A DNA stretch of 50,033 bases from Halocafeteria seosinensis (taxonomy: Eukaryota), in NCBI GenBank assembly GCA_001687465.1, contig LVLI01000272.1, positions 1 to 50,033 on the forward strand, given 5' to 3'. Position numbers and translations under genes: made by a program. Below the pieces are notes generated by a model. That model was not told where the DNA came from. It worked only from the letters and a program-made list of their open reading frames with translations, and made no database searches. Positions 1 through 12,285 of the stretch are shown piece by piece (position 1 is the stretch's first letter; each line of letters opens with the position of its first letter).

Positions 1-58
1 TCTCTCGTTCCTGGGCTCGTTTCTCAGCGGGGTCAATGAATTCCACCACTTCTGCCAT
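1..58 (-). CDS. 5' end of an unidentified gene running off the left edge (MAEVVEFIDPAEKRAQERE...)
   Basis: ATG at 58 on the minus strand, open to the window edge, preceded by an AT-rich intergenic region shared divergently with eIF1AD. Confidence 0.5.
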   Translation of the reverse strand, partial: MAEVVEFIDPAEKRAQERE

Positions 59-300
59 GTTTGATTCCTTCCTCTTCTTGTTATATTTTTCAATTTATTA
101 TATTCCTTTAATGGGAGAATGGAACAACAACCCATAAGTAACCTATAGTGTATATATCACGTTTATTCTTGGCATACGGTTGGTCCTACAAGTAGTAAAC
201 AACAGATGAAGAGGTTTGTTTGATGATACCCCCCCTCCTCCTCAGTTTACTTTTCGTAGATATATATATATATATATTAAAGGTATTGTACTAATTAAAG

Positions 301-975
301 ATGGCTGGGGTCAAACGCCAGACTCCATATCGTAAAAATGTCACCCAGGAGGTGTTGGAAGGACACCCTGAGCCCGATGAAAGCCGCCATCAAGTCATTG
401 CTCGGATTGTAGAGCCCCGAGGGAGTAATATATTTGAGGTATGAATGGTACATACATCATGATATATGGGTTGCTATTAAATAAGGGTATACCGAATTAT
501 GCAGGTAGAAACACCCAAAGGGCGAACAGGGCTTTGCTTACTCCCGACAAAATTCAGAAAACTAGTTTGGATTAAACGAGGCGATTTTGTTATCGCTTCC
601 GAGGCCGAAGGTGACTATGATACCAAAGAAGGCTCTGGGAGGGGGAAAGTCACATTCCAGATTGACAATATACTGTTCCCTGAACAAATTAAACACCTTC
701 AACATGTAGGCAAATGGCCGGATGTGTTCCCCACAAACGTCAAGCAAAAGCCTCCAGCAGCGGAGGCCGATGACCGAGCTCCATATACGGCGGGCGGATA
801 TATCGACGACAGTAGCTTCTTTCATATGGCCGAAGAAATGGGAGGTAATCCGAATCGAAAGCCACTCATGCAAGACGAGGACTCAGATGACGATACGAGC
901 TCTTCCGAGGAGGAAGACGAAGATGATGAAGCGGGGAGAGAACAGCATAGTGCTGAAGCATCTAGCAACACATGA
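301..975 (+). CDS. EIF1AD: eIF1A domain-containing RNA-binding protein; exons 301-438 and 505-975
   Basis: The spliced protein contains PRGSNIFE|VETPKG..LCLLPTKFRKLVWIKRGDFVI (S1/eIF1A fold), an NPNR motif and an acidic tail. GT-AG intron 439-504 is in phase 0. Confidence 0.92.
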
Positions 976-1051
976 TATAATCCTTGGAGCCACTATTGCC
1001 TGGTTTAACAGAATTTGGTGCCAATGGTCCGCGACATAGAGAGTGCTTGAG

Positions 1052-2188
1052 TTAGTGTTGCTCAGCATTGACGATATTGAACGGTTGGGCTGGTCCATCC
1101 ATTGCATCGCCGCAGATATATTTCCTGTAGCACAAAATATGAGTTTGAAATAAACGTGATATGGGGGGAGAAGCTACTTCGCTGGACACACGTACAAAAT
1201 TGAAGGAGTGGGAAAAATGTCGTAGATCTTCCACCCACGCGCCCTTGCTACCGCAGGATAAACATCCTTGAGGAAGAAGTAGAGGTGACCCGCCAAGATA
1301 CCAATCGCGTCAACATCAATAGGATGTCCCAGCAATATTGAAAACCCTAAGAGTACCCAGGGTAGATAGGGTGCTGTAAATGAAAAGATCCACAAAAAGG
1401 ACAGGCGCTCCGCAGGGTTCCGTCTTCCCCAGAGATAAACCATCATAAATGTCAGTGAAGAGCCAAAGAAATGCACATTAACGTATGGCGCTATTACCTG
1501 AACCATATAAAGTATGTTGCAAAAGAGAGGTCCATGCAAGCACTCGGGTGATTCACATGTGTAGAAAAAGCTTGCACATACCATCATTACCATTGCTCCG
1601 AAGAACAGAAACCACACAAAATCTGAAGGGCGATTACGAAATGACCCATTTTCCAACAACTGTGAGTACCGTATCCTGCAATTGTAGAGGCAATCCCAAT
1701 AACAATGCGTATATGCTGGGTGGTGTTGCCAACAGCAATCTCATGCGCTACACTTACATAAAGTACATGTGAAAAATAAACTCGAAGCCAAGGCTTCCGA
1801 AAAACATGAAGTTGGTCAGCAATCTCCAGATCTGTCGAAATTTAGAGTACCATCATAGAAAGAAGGCGCGTATTTTATGTCATTGAGGAGTGCTTCGTGC
1901 TTACCTCTCCTCCATGAAATACCAGGCGAGGATTGAAATAGAGTGAAAATGGCGAAAGTACATCCAGAGCGCATGCTGCTGTCAACGTAAACGCCGCTGT
2001 AAAGTACGCCCGTGTTACAGGAGGAATCTGCAGGAGCACCCCACAAATGAGATTAGTAGGAAAGTTTAAATTTCGCTGGCATATAAGCACTCATTCAGCG
2101 CACAAAAGAACGAAAATGCCAGGAAAAAGACAGCTGTTGCCTTACTTACCTCCATATACCAGTCGAATGGCTGCACTTGAGCGTTCAT
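1052..2188 (-). CDS. Derlin (Der1-like ERAD rhomboid pseudoprotease), 6 exons
   Basis: Spliced: [65 protein letters not shown]..|..[41 protein letters not shown]. Five GT-AG introns are frame-consistent. Most similar in motif to Derlin-2/3. Confidence 0.93.
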
Positions 2189-3233
2189 TTTACCGTGTTA
2201 TTACTGTCGCCTGTCTTTTATGTGCCTGATGCTACCCTCAGAATGGGAATTATGGGGCATACTAGGCACCAAAATGCCTTTAATCGTCGTTCAAGCGGCC
2301 GAAAGCAAGTCTAACCGCCTGTTCTTCAACATAGGTTTGGGATACGAAGAATTTTGAACATTCATCAAACAGAAAACAAACACGCTAAAGTAAAGGAGGA
2401 TATGAAAAATGGACAACCCAAGTCGGCGTATCAATTCTGTTCAATATAGGATGAAATCCGATGAATGGCCACTGGATGATGTCATCCGTCACATATGCGG
2501 AAACTTCCGCCGAAAACGGAAGTATAGTCGTCAGCCTAGAATCTTGAGTCTGACATTTGGGAAGAGAGCGTCGGTACGCTTCAAAGAACATAGTACCATG
2601 CAGCACGTTTATTTGGAGCAAGAGATCAGCTGCTTGTACAGAGATAAACACTGTCATATGTACTACAACTTAGTCTACAAGTAGTTGTCGTGGTGATTTT
2701 CGTTTCGCTGGGACCCCACGCAGTCACTTGTACATAGACATCATCATTTGGCATTTCATGCCGAGGAAACCTTTTTTCTCCTATATCGTCCATCCCGGGA
2801 GTTGTTGTCAGAACTTCGTAGAGTACGAATCGCCCGTTGACGTTCTCAGTTTCGGTCTTCATTACACCCCTCGCTAATAGTTACCCGGGAAACATGCAGA
2901 CTAAGCAATGCTTTGCAAAGCACTTCGATGGACTCCTGAAGCAAGCGTTAACCCGGCCAATGGAGCCCACAACCAAGACGATGCAAGGGAGTTGGCACCT
3001 TAGTAGGCAGAAGGCTGCCAGCCTTCAGTGTCATTACAGTATGAACGCTTTCAGCCGGCCTTGATGGATGAGATCTCATGCAAGAATTGCGGATTTGCTT
3101 GCCGGTTTACTTGCCGCAAAGGTACTTTCACCCTTGTCGTGCTTTCTGAAAAACCAGACATAAAGTAAGGACAGAGATCACCGCTGTTATCCACATTGTC
3201 CCAAATTCCAATACAAATATCAAGCTCTATTTT

Positions 3234-3794
3234 TCAAACACGTACTTTACTACTCTGTTTCAAGGCTGGAGACGTCGTATCTGGTTGGTTTCTGACAGCT
3301 CCTCCTTGTCTCGTCGCAGAGTCATCCTGGTCAGTGTCCATGTTGTCTATCTCACGATCAAGGGAATTCTCACTCGAACTGCTTGTACTTTTCGCTTCCT
3401 CTTCCTCCCCGTGGCTCTGTTTAGAACCGCGTTCCTTATCCACTATCGGCTTCAATATCGCCTCTGTCTCTTCCTTGGCTTTCTGACAGGCCGTCAAGAG
3501 GGCTGAATAATGTCCTCGAGGGTTGGCTACCGGCGGAAGAGAGCCATGATCGTGTCGCCCCGTATATTGAAAGGAATAAGGGGCTGTATCCACTGATTCT
3601 CCTCCTTTCTCTCCGGTTCCTTCGGGAGCATGTTCATCAATATCATGAGCGTGATAGCGGAGCGTCTGACCTGGATACTCTCCATTGAAATGCAGCTCAA
3701 TGGAGACTAACTCAGGACCTCCATCATTATCATTACGTGGGCAAGACGACATGGTTCTTTTACTTCCTATACACGATGAACCCAATTCATTCAC
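3234..3794 (-). CDS. Hypothetical acidic protein; weak resemblance to KEOPS subunit GON7/C14orf142
   Basis: 186-aa ORF divergent from the mevalonate kinase gene. It has one amphipathic helix (YSALLTACQKAKEETEAILKPIVDKE) followed by an acidic disordered tail. The likely start is ATG 3752. The GON7 idea is only a pattern impression. Confidence 0.5.
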   Translation of the reverse strand: MNELGSSCIGSKRTMSSCPRNDNDGGPELVSIELHFNGEYPGQTLRYHAHDIDEHAPEGTGEKGGESVDTAPYSFQYTGRHDHGSLPPVANPRGHYSALLTACQKAKEETEAILKPIVDKERGSKQSHGEEEEAKSTSSSSENSLDREIDNMDTDQDDSATRQGGAVRNQPDTTSPALKQSSKVRV

Positions 3795-3913
3795 CCCATG
3801 CTGTACTATCTAGTTGTACAAGGTCACCATGGTCTTCTCTAAATTGATTGAATTGTTAGTCCTGATAGATAGAGACATGGGTAGATAGCACCGGCGCAGT
3901 TATTAGTACAGAT

Positions 3914-5353
3914 ATGGAGGAAAGGAATCGAGGAGCTTTATTAGGCCGAGCCTCGGCTCCGGGGAAGCTCATTTTGATCGGGGAGCATGCTGTCGTCTAT
4001 GGAGTCCCTGCCATTGCTGCTGCACTAGGAGACTTACGGGTGGCTGTCGCTGTTGTATGTTTACCTTGCACAACTATCTAGGTACTCGATACGAGGAAAA
4101 TGATTGATTCGTGCTTTGCAGTATTCGACGCCTGGGCAGCCTGGAATCCACATTACTATACCAAAGTTTCCCGACCGGATCACGGAATTCTACACACACC
4201 GGTGCTCGACCGAGCGAGTGGTGGAAGTCTTTTCCGGTCATCACTTCTCCGTAGGTGAGTAGAGAGAGTTTCCTGGAGTAGCATGGGGCGAAAAACATTA
4301 GCTCGATGATTGGCAGATAACGTGGAAGAAGTGCTGGCTCCGGACGAAAAGCTCACAACACAGTTAACAGAGATTGCTGATACAGAAGACCCAGTGATTA
4401 GTCAGGTTGTAGTGCCTGCGCTGTTTCTAGCGGGAGCTATATTGTTTCACACATTGGAGAACTCACAAGGATCAGGAGATGGAATCGAAATTTGCATCGA
4501 GACGCCAAATTTACCTATAGCAGCGGGCTTAGGCTCATCTGCTGCTGTTTCTGTTGCCACCGCAGCAGCATTGTTGGCGTCCTCCTCTGAGTCGATGCTC
4601 AAGAATTACCAAGAGGATGTTGAACTGTCAACAGTCCCACGTGGACATTTTGCTCAGGGATCTGAACGGCCTACTCGAAAACCTCAACACCAATTTCACG
4701 AATTGATCAACAAGTGGGCTCTTTCTGCCGAAACTCTTTTCCACGGATCTCCATCTGGATTGGACAATACAGTTTCGACGTATGGTGGTGCTATTTTATA
4801 CAAAAAAGGGCAATTGCCTGCATTTACGCAAATTGAGGGTATGCCGTGCCTGAATGTACTAGTTACCAATACGAAGCAGCCAAAGTCAACAAGCGCCTTA
4901 GTACAAGGTGTGAGGGAGCTTCGGGAGAAGAAACCGGAGCTTGTGGATGCATATATGAATACCATCGGTTCTATTACAGAACTGATCGAGGTTTTTGTTC
5001 GTACTGAGTTGAATTGCAAGGAGGTTTCCGAGTCCGCGTCGAAATACAGTTCCCTTTGTTCAGAATTTGAGACTGTACTGGGACCATTACTGCAGTCCGC
5101 CCATCGAATTTTAACAGCACTGGGTGTCGGTCACTCTACCTTGGACAGAGTAAGTGAGGAAGCATCCAAGATCGGAGGCTGGACAAAGTTGACCGGAGCC
5201 GGAGGAGGAGGGTGTGCACTAACCCTGTTACCTTCAAATTTCCAAGAACCAGCACTACGCCAGATGATTCAGGCTCTAGACGAGGAAGGAATGGACTGCT
5301 TCCAAACGTGTTTAGGTGGACACGGTGTTCTCCTGGATGCGAATTCCTCTTGA
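3914..5353 (+). CDS. MVK: Mevalonate kinase (GHMP kinase), about 3 exons
   Basis: Exon 1 gives SAPGKLILIGEHAVVYG. Later motifs are LPIAAGLGSSAA, ETLFHGSPSGLDNTVSTYGG and KLTGAGGGGC. Introns at approximately 4056-4122 and 4255-4316. Confidence 0.95.
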
Positions 5354-5701
5354 GAACGGTGGAGCAGATGGATTACGTCCGATGAGATTGTGGTCTGCGC
5401 TAAATATGCTTCACATTTAGGATCACGAACAATCTAGCTGCGTTGTGGCTGAATCGGATGCCCTCTATGCGGCGACAACAGGAAACAAACGAAATTGCAC
5501 GGCTATACCCTCCCGGTTGGCCGACATATAATATATTTCAACGACGTACATGCATACCATTGCAAGCAACAATAAACATGAAATAGCAACGCCATAGCAT
5601 CACTTCACCAAAGTTCGTCCTCTGCGATGTTAACATTTGCCATCCAAGCACGTGTGCACCTTCAGCATAGATCTGGGGCAGAGCAAATGCCTTCTAGCAT
5701 G

Positions 5702-7042
5702 CTACCTCCAATTTGGACTGTATACCTTTTCAATGTTCTTGCTGACAATGTTCAAATACTTAATTCCGGGAGTGGGAGAAAACATTGAGGCTCTTCGTAC
5801 GATGATCACGGCGCCGACTCTAAAATCAGGACTGAATTCTTCTACCACATGTCTCGGAATAGTCGCAGTTATGGAGTCCGTAGGATCAGCCACTTTGGCA
5901 ATGGTATCATCGTCGTACTTTGTTAATGAGAGAACAACGAGTGCTAGACATGGGATGTGCACAATGTTACCGTCACTCAGTTGCAGGTAGTGTTGTAGAG
6001 AACTTTCGGGATCAGGCAAGCACGACTGCATATTGTTCACGGTGGGAGCAGGTCTGTCGTAGTCTTTTGTCATACTTATCCAAGGTCTAGAAAAGAACCC
6101 ACGCCGTTCGTATCTTCTCATTTGTACATCTTGGGTACTCTCGGAATAGCTCAGCTGTTGTGTCGCTTGGGGCAAATTGGCATCCTGCGAGTTATGGTCA
6201 ACGCTAAGGTCTACGTCAGGGGCAGCAGCTGCAGGGCGATTGGTTCGTTTTGTAGACAATCTCCCTGCAGGACCAGGTATATTCTTCTGGATACTCGTAT
6301 TGCACCCTGTAGCGCGAGTTCTAGAATGGGTGTCAAGATTGGTGGAGGTTTGAGCAGTCGAATGCCTCGGGGTTTGATAACCACTTGTACCTGAACGGTT
6401 TATCCCTCTCTGTGGGTTGTTATGCGCATTCATACTCGCTCCCATTGCTCTCTGTGGAGCACGATCTTCTGCGGGCACGCTTGGCTGGTTCCTGCTGACG
6501 GCAGCCGCCAAGACGGGAGTGTGCGATGCCATCGTACCGCTTCTCCCGCTTGATTGAGACACTCGTCCGTAGTTGACCCTCTGTCTCTTGGAGCCTGCGC
6601 AATTCTGTCTGCTTGCGCTCGTCCTGCCATCTGTGCTTTGCGAGGAATCTTCCTCCACTTGTTGTAGCAGCTGCTCAAGCTGTTTCTGCTCGTTTTCGTA
6701 TTCGTTTGCGTAGTCCCTGGGAGTACTTGTAATACTGTCGTTGCACTCAGTATTCTGCGTAAAGCTATAAACACTTTGTCCCCCGCCTCCATTGTTTCTT
6801 TGCGACTGTGACGGCGTCCATGTATCTCCAAGGATATGGTCCAACAGTCCCTCATCATCATCTTCTTCCTGTTGATCGTTTGCAGCCCCATGGCCAGTTA
6901 CATGGTCATCTCCTCCATTTTTGCGTGACTGCTGTGTAAAACTACGGTCATCTTGTTCGGTTCCCTCTGGCGAATAAATAAACTGTGACAACAATTCCAG
7001 GTCCTCGTCCTCCTGGGTTCTCCGGTTCTCTTTATCACTCAT
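5702..7042 (-). CDS. HROB: HROB/C17orf53-like OB-fold protein (MCM8-MCM9 loader, DUF4539)
   Basis: Disordered N-terminus, IPGPAG motif, F..PW..M motif, and a C-terminal OB fold DPTDSITATI..FRVGAVIIVRRASMFSPTPGIKYLNIVSKNIEKVY. Confidence 0.85.
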   Translation of the reverse strand: MSDKENRRTQEDEDLELLSQFIYSPEGTEQDDRSFTQQSRKNGGDDHVTGHGAANDQQEEDDDEGLLDHILGDTWTPSQSQRNNGGGGQSVYSFTQNTECNDSITSTPRDYANEYENEQKQLEQLLQQVEEDSSQSTDGRTSASRQNCAGSKRQRVNYGRVSQSSGRSGTMASHTPVLAAAVSRNQPSVPAEDRAPQRAMGASMNAHNNPQRGINRSGTSGYQTPRHSTAQTSTNLDTHSRTRATGCNTSIQKNIPGPAGRLSTKRTNRPAAAAPDVDLSVDHNSQDANLPQATQQLSYSESTQDVQMRRYERRGFFSRPWISMTKDYDRPAPTVNNMQSCLPDPESSLQHYLQLSDGNIVHIPCLALVVLSLTKYDDDTIAKVADPTDSITATIPRHVVEEFSPDFRVGAVIIVRRASMFSPTPGIKYLNIVSKNIEKVYSPNWR

Positions 7043-7624
7043 TGCAGCTCAAAGTGGGGGAAGAAAAATCCCAGACACTACTATCGAACCCTTTGGTATT
7101 AGCCCTCGCTCTCTTGTTGTCTCCTGATCCCTTGCGTAAGCTGTGTGAAGACTCACTGAAGGGTGCATGGAGCCAAAATTCAAATGACCACTCCACCCTT
7201 ACCTAAGGGAGACAGCGAGAAATTGTCCCTTGTCCTTCGACGGAAAGTTAAGTCCTAATCATTTCCATATATATATATATACTATCTTACAGAAACAATG
7301 GCATTGAGAAAGGTGATTAATGGGTCATATATGGATGAAAGCGGCAAAGTACCCGAAAAGATTGACGTGTTCGCTACTAACAGCATTGAAGCATGCATGC
7401 CTCATAATCCGTCCACCGATTGTATTATTTATATGTCACAACCCGAGTGAATAGAGTAAGCACAGAGGAAGTGTTTGACGGTGAGCCGTGCTAATCCACC
7501 GAGTAATAGGGGCATAGTGAACCTCCGTTTCCGAGTCGTCTACCCGGGAAGCAAGAGCAAGATACCACTGTATCTTACAACTTTGTAGATAGGGCGGCCA
7601 CCACTACGACCACGGAATATGGGT

Positions 7625-9646
7625 TTATCCCTGACGAGCGACTTTAGGAGGAGAAAGGACCGAACAGCAATTGGTGGAATCCGTCATCGCATTTCTTCGC
7701 TTCCCCAGTTTCACCCCACATGACCGCACTTCGGATTCGAGGCCTTGAAGATACTGAGCGCAATTTTCGTCCTCCTCTTCCTCATAGCTTGGACGAATGG
7801 GAGAAGGAAGCTGGTTTAGGGGGGCATCTTCTTTTTCCGTAGGATACTCTTGGGGAAACAACTGCCCGGCAATTGCTCTGCAGAGTCAATCACCGAGTGC
7901 TAATAATCGTAAAGACAATATTCGTGGATGCGGCCAACTCACTGCTTCAAACTAAGCGCCTTCATTACATCTCCCTTCTCCCGGATTCGCTGAAACAAAC
8001 TAGTCTCGCAAATTTCTGGTTCAGTGTACACGAATGTGATCTTCGTGGCCGATTTTGTATTCTGCCTCGCAAAACGCCGAGTAAACTGGAACATATCCAT
8101 GGTGTTGAATGAAGGGGATACAAAGGCTTCCCGGGGAAAGGCTCCATTCTTATCGTCTAAATCAATGCCGGTTGATAGAACGTTAAGTGTGCCAATCAGT
8201 AAGCGGTGCTTAAGGGACTCTACTTGGAAGTTCGCAAGAACATGCCCTTTTCTCGTAGTTTGTCCAGTCACAATCAAGGGTTTGTACTCTTTGAACTCTC
8301 TCTTAAGGTTCTCAACGGTCTTAAGATAGTTCACTGCCACGACGACCTTCTGGTGTGGTTGCCGCAGAAGGGCCTGTCTCACATTACGGATGAACGGTTG
8401 CATTTTGTAAAGCTCAATTTCCATCATTGGTTTACTCAGTCCTACGGAAGGCTCTGTTGTATCAAGATACTCCTCGTCTTCGAGGAGCCGGCGCCTACGG
8501 TTATATAAAATGCTGTCATCGGGTGGTGGTCGGCACTTCCTAAGCTCCGCTATGCATTCCTGCAGCTGCTCTCCGGTGCGGTCGTCTACAAAGGTACATC
8601 GGTTTTTACACTCAATCAGTTGGGTTCTTTCAGTGGAAATCATTTCACAGCGGTAACGTGGCAAAATCAGTCGAAGAAAGAGGTCATAACAGAACTCGAT
8701 CTTGGCTTCGATCTCGAAGTCCCATCTTCTCGTTAACTGGCCATATTTTTGGCTGAAGGTTTGAATTATTGACTCAGTTCCGCCCTTATCAATATAGTCT
8801 TTGCAATATTGGATTAGCTGCCAAATAGATGGATCTTGCAATAAGTCGTCGACAGGGGGGACGTCTTCCTTACTTTTGCACATTTTCGTTAGGCGCCATT
8901 CAGTTATCATTCCAAGGAGTTCACATACCCGCAATGTTTGCTCGTTTTTGTCCATAGGGGTCGCGGAAAGCAAAATTGCTCGTGAGTTACTGTTACCTCC
9001 CTGATTTACTTCGGATGTCAACGCCGCTACAGCGGAGTGTTGGTGAGTATTATTCTTGGCACACTGGACTTCGTCGACGACGAGCAGAAGACCGTCCCTA
9101 ACCATGTCCTTGAGACCTTGCGTGGCTTCATAGCAATACTTGGTACATGCCCCGGTTTGTGTTGGCTGCTTTCGCGTGCACGTCAGGTAACCGTGACCTC
9201 CAGTGTGCGTTAATTGATCATAACTGATAATCAACGGAAGTAAACCAAATCGCTGCCCGACTGTCTCCCATGTCTTGCAAAGCCCTGAAGGGCACACAAC
9301 CAACATTGCCCTTGTCGGGAAAGACCGGGCTAGCCCCAAAGCCGTGTAGGTTTTTCCTGTTCCCATTGATGAGGTGTCCAATATAACACGCCTCGTCTGT
9401 AGCAATTCTCGCATGTTGTTCACGTGAGTGCGTTGCTGTGGAGTCAGCTTCACTGACGGATCGGGCGAACATCGTCCAAGCACTGTCACTTGCTGCCGCT
9501 GTACGATCCATTGAGACAACCCATGCGCAGTCTTAAGAATCTGCAGAGGTAAGAGCGACACACATTACACACCACACAGACGTGCTTGCATATGCTGCGC
9601 TTCCCGACGCTACAGCTGCTTCACGTCGCTCCTCCTCGTTGGACAT
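7625..9646 (-). CDS. Superfamily 2 (SNF2-like) helicase of the giant-virus/phage type, 3 exons
   Basis: Motif I DTSSMGTGKT, motif II DEVQ, motif III LLSATP, motif V STGIDLDD..G.FPR..VSPSF, degenerate motif VI QFTRRFAR. Intron 7878-7942 (GTGAGT..CTGCAG) joins ..LKQ to AIAGQLFPQEY. A 5' exon from ATG 9646 splices in phase 0 to 9540, using donor GT at 9613 or GC at 9589. Confidence 0.85.
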
Positions 9647-10127
9647 TTTGGGAGCGCAAGAATAATCACCGGGCACCGGGGGCAATACACACAAGACCTG
9701 TTAGTGGTGACGCTTGACAATGTTACGTTTTTCTTCTAGTATAAGCTGGACGTACACAGGATATGGTTATGTCTCGAATAGTTACGGTTACTTAGAGTAA
9801 GAGGGAAATACAAATAAATGACAAGACTGACAATCCCCTGGGATCCAGCTAGTTGAACACCAAGGTTGAACCAGGCTGCCAAGCTGCCAACTCCGCTGCT
9901 GCCGGTCTAGCCTCGTCTGTCTCGTTGCTCCGTCATCGTAGTAAAGCGCCCACAATGGTTGGTAAGCTGGCTGAATTGTTACTAAAATAGGATATTTCAG
10001 ATCCAATCAAGGACTAAACTTGTAGAGTGATCGAATACAGCAGGGGGGTTGGTCTACTGTCTGTATTCTGTGACCCACTAAGGTGCGCACGTGTTCGTAG
10101 TGCCTCACACACAATTTCATTGCCAAG

Positions 10128-12285
10128 ATGAACACTACCAACGAAGTCATAGACCTGACCACTGACTCGGATGATGATGTATGTACCCTCCCCCACCATT
10201 TGTTCCCTGAGAATCTATGCTAATCGCTGTTGTTAGTAGGTGCAGGGGGTCGAGAGCAGGAGTGCAATCCAGAGGGAGGTTGCTCCCCCAGCGACACGGT
10301 GTCTTGATGAAGAGGCCCACAACGATCTGATAAGGCAGATACAAAGAGGTGAAGCAGTGAATGCCGATCGATTGGTGCAATTGAGTCGTCATGAGAGGCA
10401 GAATGTGTACATGTCGGCAGTGGAGAACTTTCATCACATGCCGGAACAAACGTTCCGGTTGTTGATAGACAACTGCGGTGATTGGAACCTATCAGCTAAA
10501 GGTCCGGGCGGGTTAAATCTCCCCATGTATGTGGTTAGTTATTGGAAACAGAACCAAACAAGCACCATGAATCTCAGTCGATTGCGGGAAATCTGGTACA
10601 ACATCCTTCCTCATGCGAGGAAGGACCCCACGCTTCTACGACAAAGAGACAATCGAGGAAGAAATATCTTTCACTGGATCTGTAGGTCTATTTCTCTGTT
10701 GACAAACCATGCCGACTTGCAACAACTAATATTTCAGTGTTTGAATATCGAACCTGGACTGGCGACGGAGGCCGATGATAATGGGGCCATTCCGCTGATG
10801 GCACTGTTTGAAGACGAACAGCTCATCCACACCACATGGCATACAAATTCTTCAGGGAGAACGTCCAAGAGGACTCTCCCTTGCCTTCCCGAGCTTAAAC
10901 AGGTTCTAAGCTGCGCAGCTTCCTTTCAGCAGGGTAAAGATGTTTCTGCGAGCTTCTATTGTGGTAGCAGTGGAAGCACTGTCTTTCAAAAATTCATGCA
11001 AACCGTTGTCAAGTGCGCCCAAGAAGACCATCAGGCTCGCAACCCTCATGCAAAAGCAATACCATCAGAAACTTTCTGGAGCGAGAAGTATTCCTTCAGA
11101 GACAGGAACTTACCCAGTATTTATCACTGTTTGCTACGTCCGGATAGGGATTTTGGCGCTTTTCGGGACATCGTATTGTGCTTAACCGATGAGCAACTCT
11201 TCGGAGATGGCGTCTTAAAACATCGGAATTGCAACGAAAGACTTGCTTTACTCGACATTGCATTGTCGTGTGGAAGGGATCCCTGGCTGCTGAAGTCGAC
11301 ATTGGAACCATTAGCAAAATCTCGTCCAGAACAGATGGCAGTGGCTTTGGATACAGTTGGGGCGACTCACACGGTAGCAGGGCAACAGCGTTGGATGACG
11401 CCTTGGTTTGCTCTTTGTACGCTCTTTCGAGAAGTCGTCACGAATCCCCGCGAATTGGCCGAAACACTAGAACACATATTATCCCGAATTCCAGGTAGCT
11501 ACTGGGATCTATCCTTCAACACATTGAAACGTACACCCACCATGGAATTGGTTCGAACCTTATGCAGCGACACCCGACATCAAGAATATCTCGCAAAGCT
11601 AGCAAGCGTAGGCGTTTTAAACTCTGAAAAGAGGGAAAACCGGTTAGTTGATAGGCGGTATTGGGTGATGCATTTTGTACGCACAGTGCTGAAAAAAGGT
11701 ATTCACTTCTACGTCAACGTTAACACACCCTGCATCAGAGGCAAGAGTGTCGCTCAAACGTTGATTGACTCATATCATATTGAGACGGATCCAGGTGTTA
11801 TTAACGCATATAAAGCGACTCTTAAGGGCTCATTCTTGCGTGGAGCTGAGTGGGGGCTCTTCCAGAACGACAAAGATCTGCTCCAAAGCGGAGTACCCGA
11901 ATCAACGTCACCCAAAGACTGGTATCAGCATGATCAATGCGTAGTCTGTTATGATAACGAAGCAACGGTTGGAGTGTTTCCCAGTAAGCAGATCCAGTAC
12001 TGCCGGGCGTGCGCTCATACGCTTTTTGGGAAACTTGGAACCGCTCAGACCGCGCAACACCCATCGTTAAGGTGTTCGTACACTCAGACCCGCGTCGATT
12101 GCTATGTGGAATTGAGAGGGTCGATCCACACTCCGTATGTCGCCCCATTCCGATTCATCCCTCCCTACCTCAAGGGTTGGTACTTCCAGGACGATCAAAG
12201 TTCCACTTTACCACGTAGCACCTCTGCCAGTGTTGGTGCGGGCAACAACCGAAAACGCCCAAGAGACGAAGGCGAGGGCAATTGA
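10128..12285 (+). CDS. SIM + ankyrin-like repeats + degenerate RING protein; exons 10128-10178 and 10240-12285
   Basis: Exon 1 encodes MNTTNEVIDLTTDSDDD, followed by a GTATGT..TAG intron (10179-10239, phase 0). Ankyrin-like turns DNRGRNIFHWIC and DDNGAIPLMAL; CVVC..CRAC..C RING-like region; C-terminal basic NLS-like RKRPR. Confidence 0.8.

Noticed and set aside
259..277. (TA)n tract in the divergent promoter, with a similar tract at about 7267-7281
   Set aside because: Simple microsatellites; two cases are too few to claim a regulatory role.
2340..3170. Short ORFs on both strands between Derlin and the 186-aa gene
   Set aside because: I could not assemble a frame-consistent spliced gene or recognise any motif. 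A gene may exist but is unsupported.
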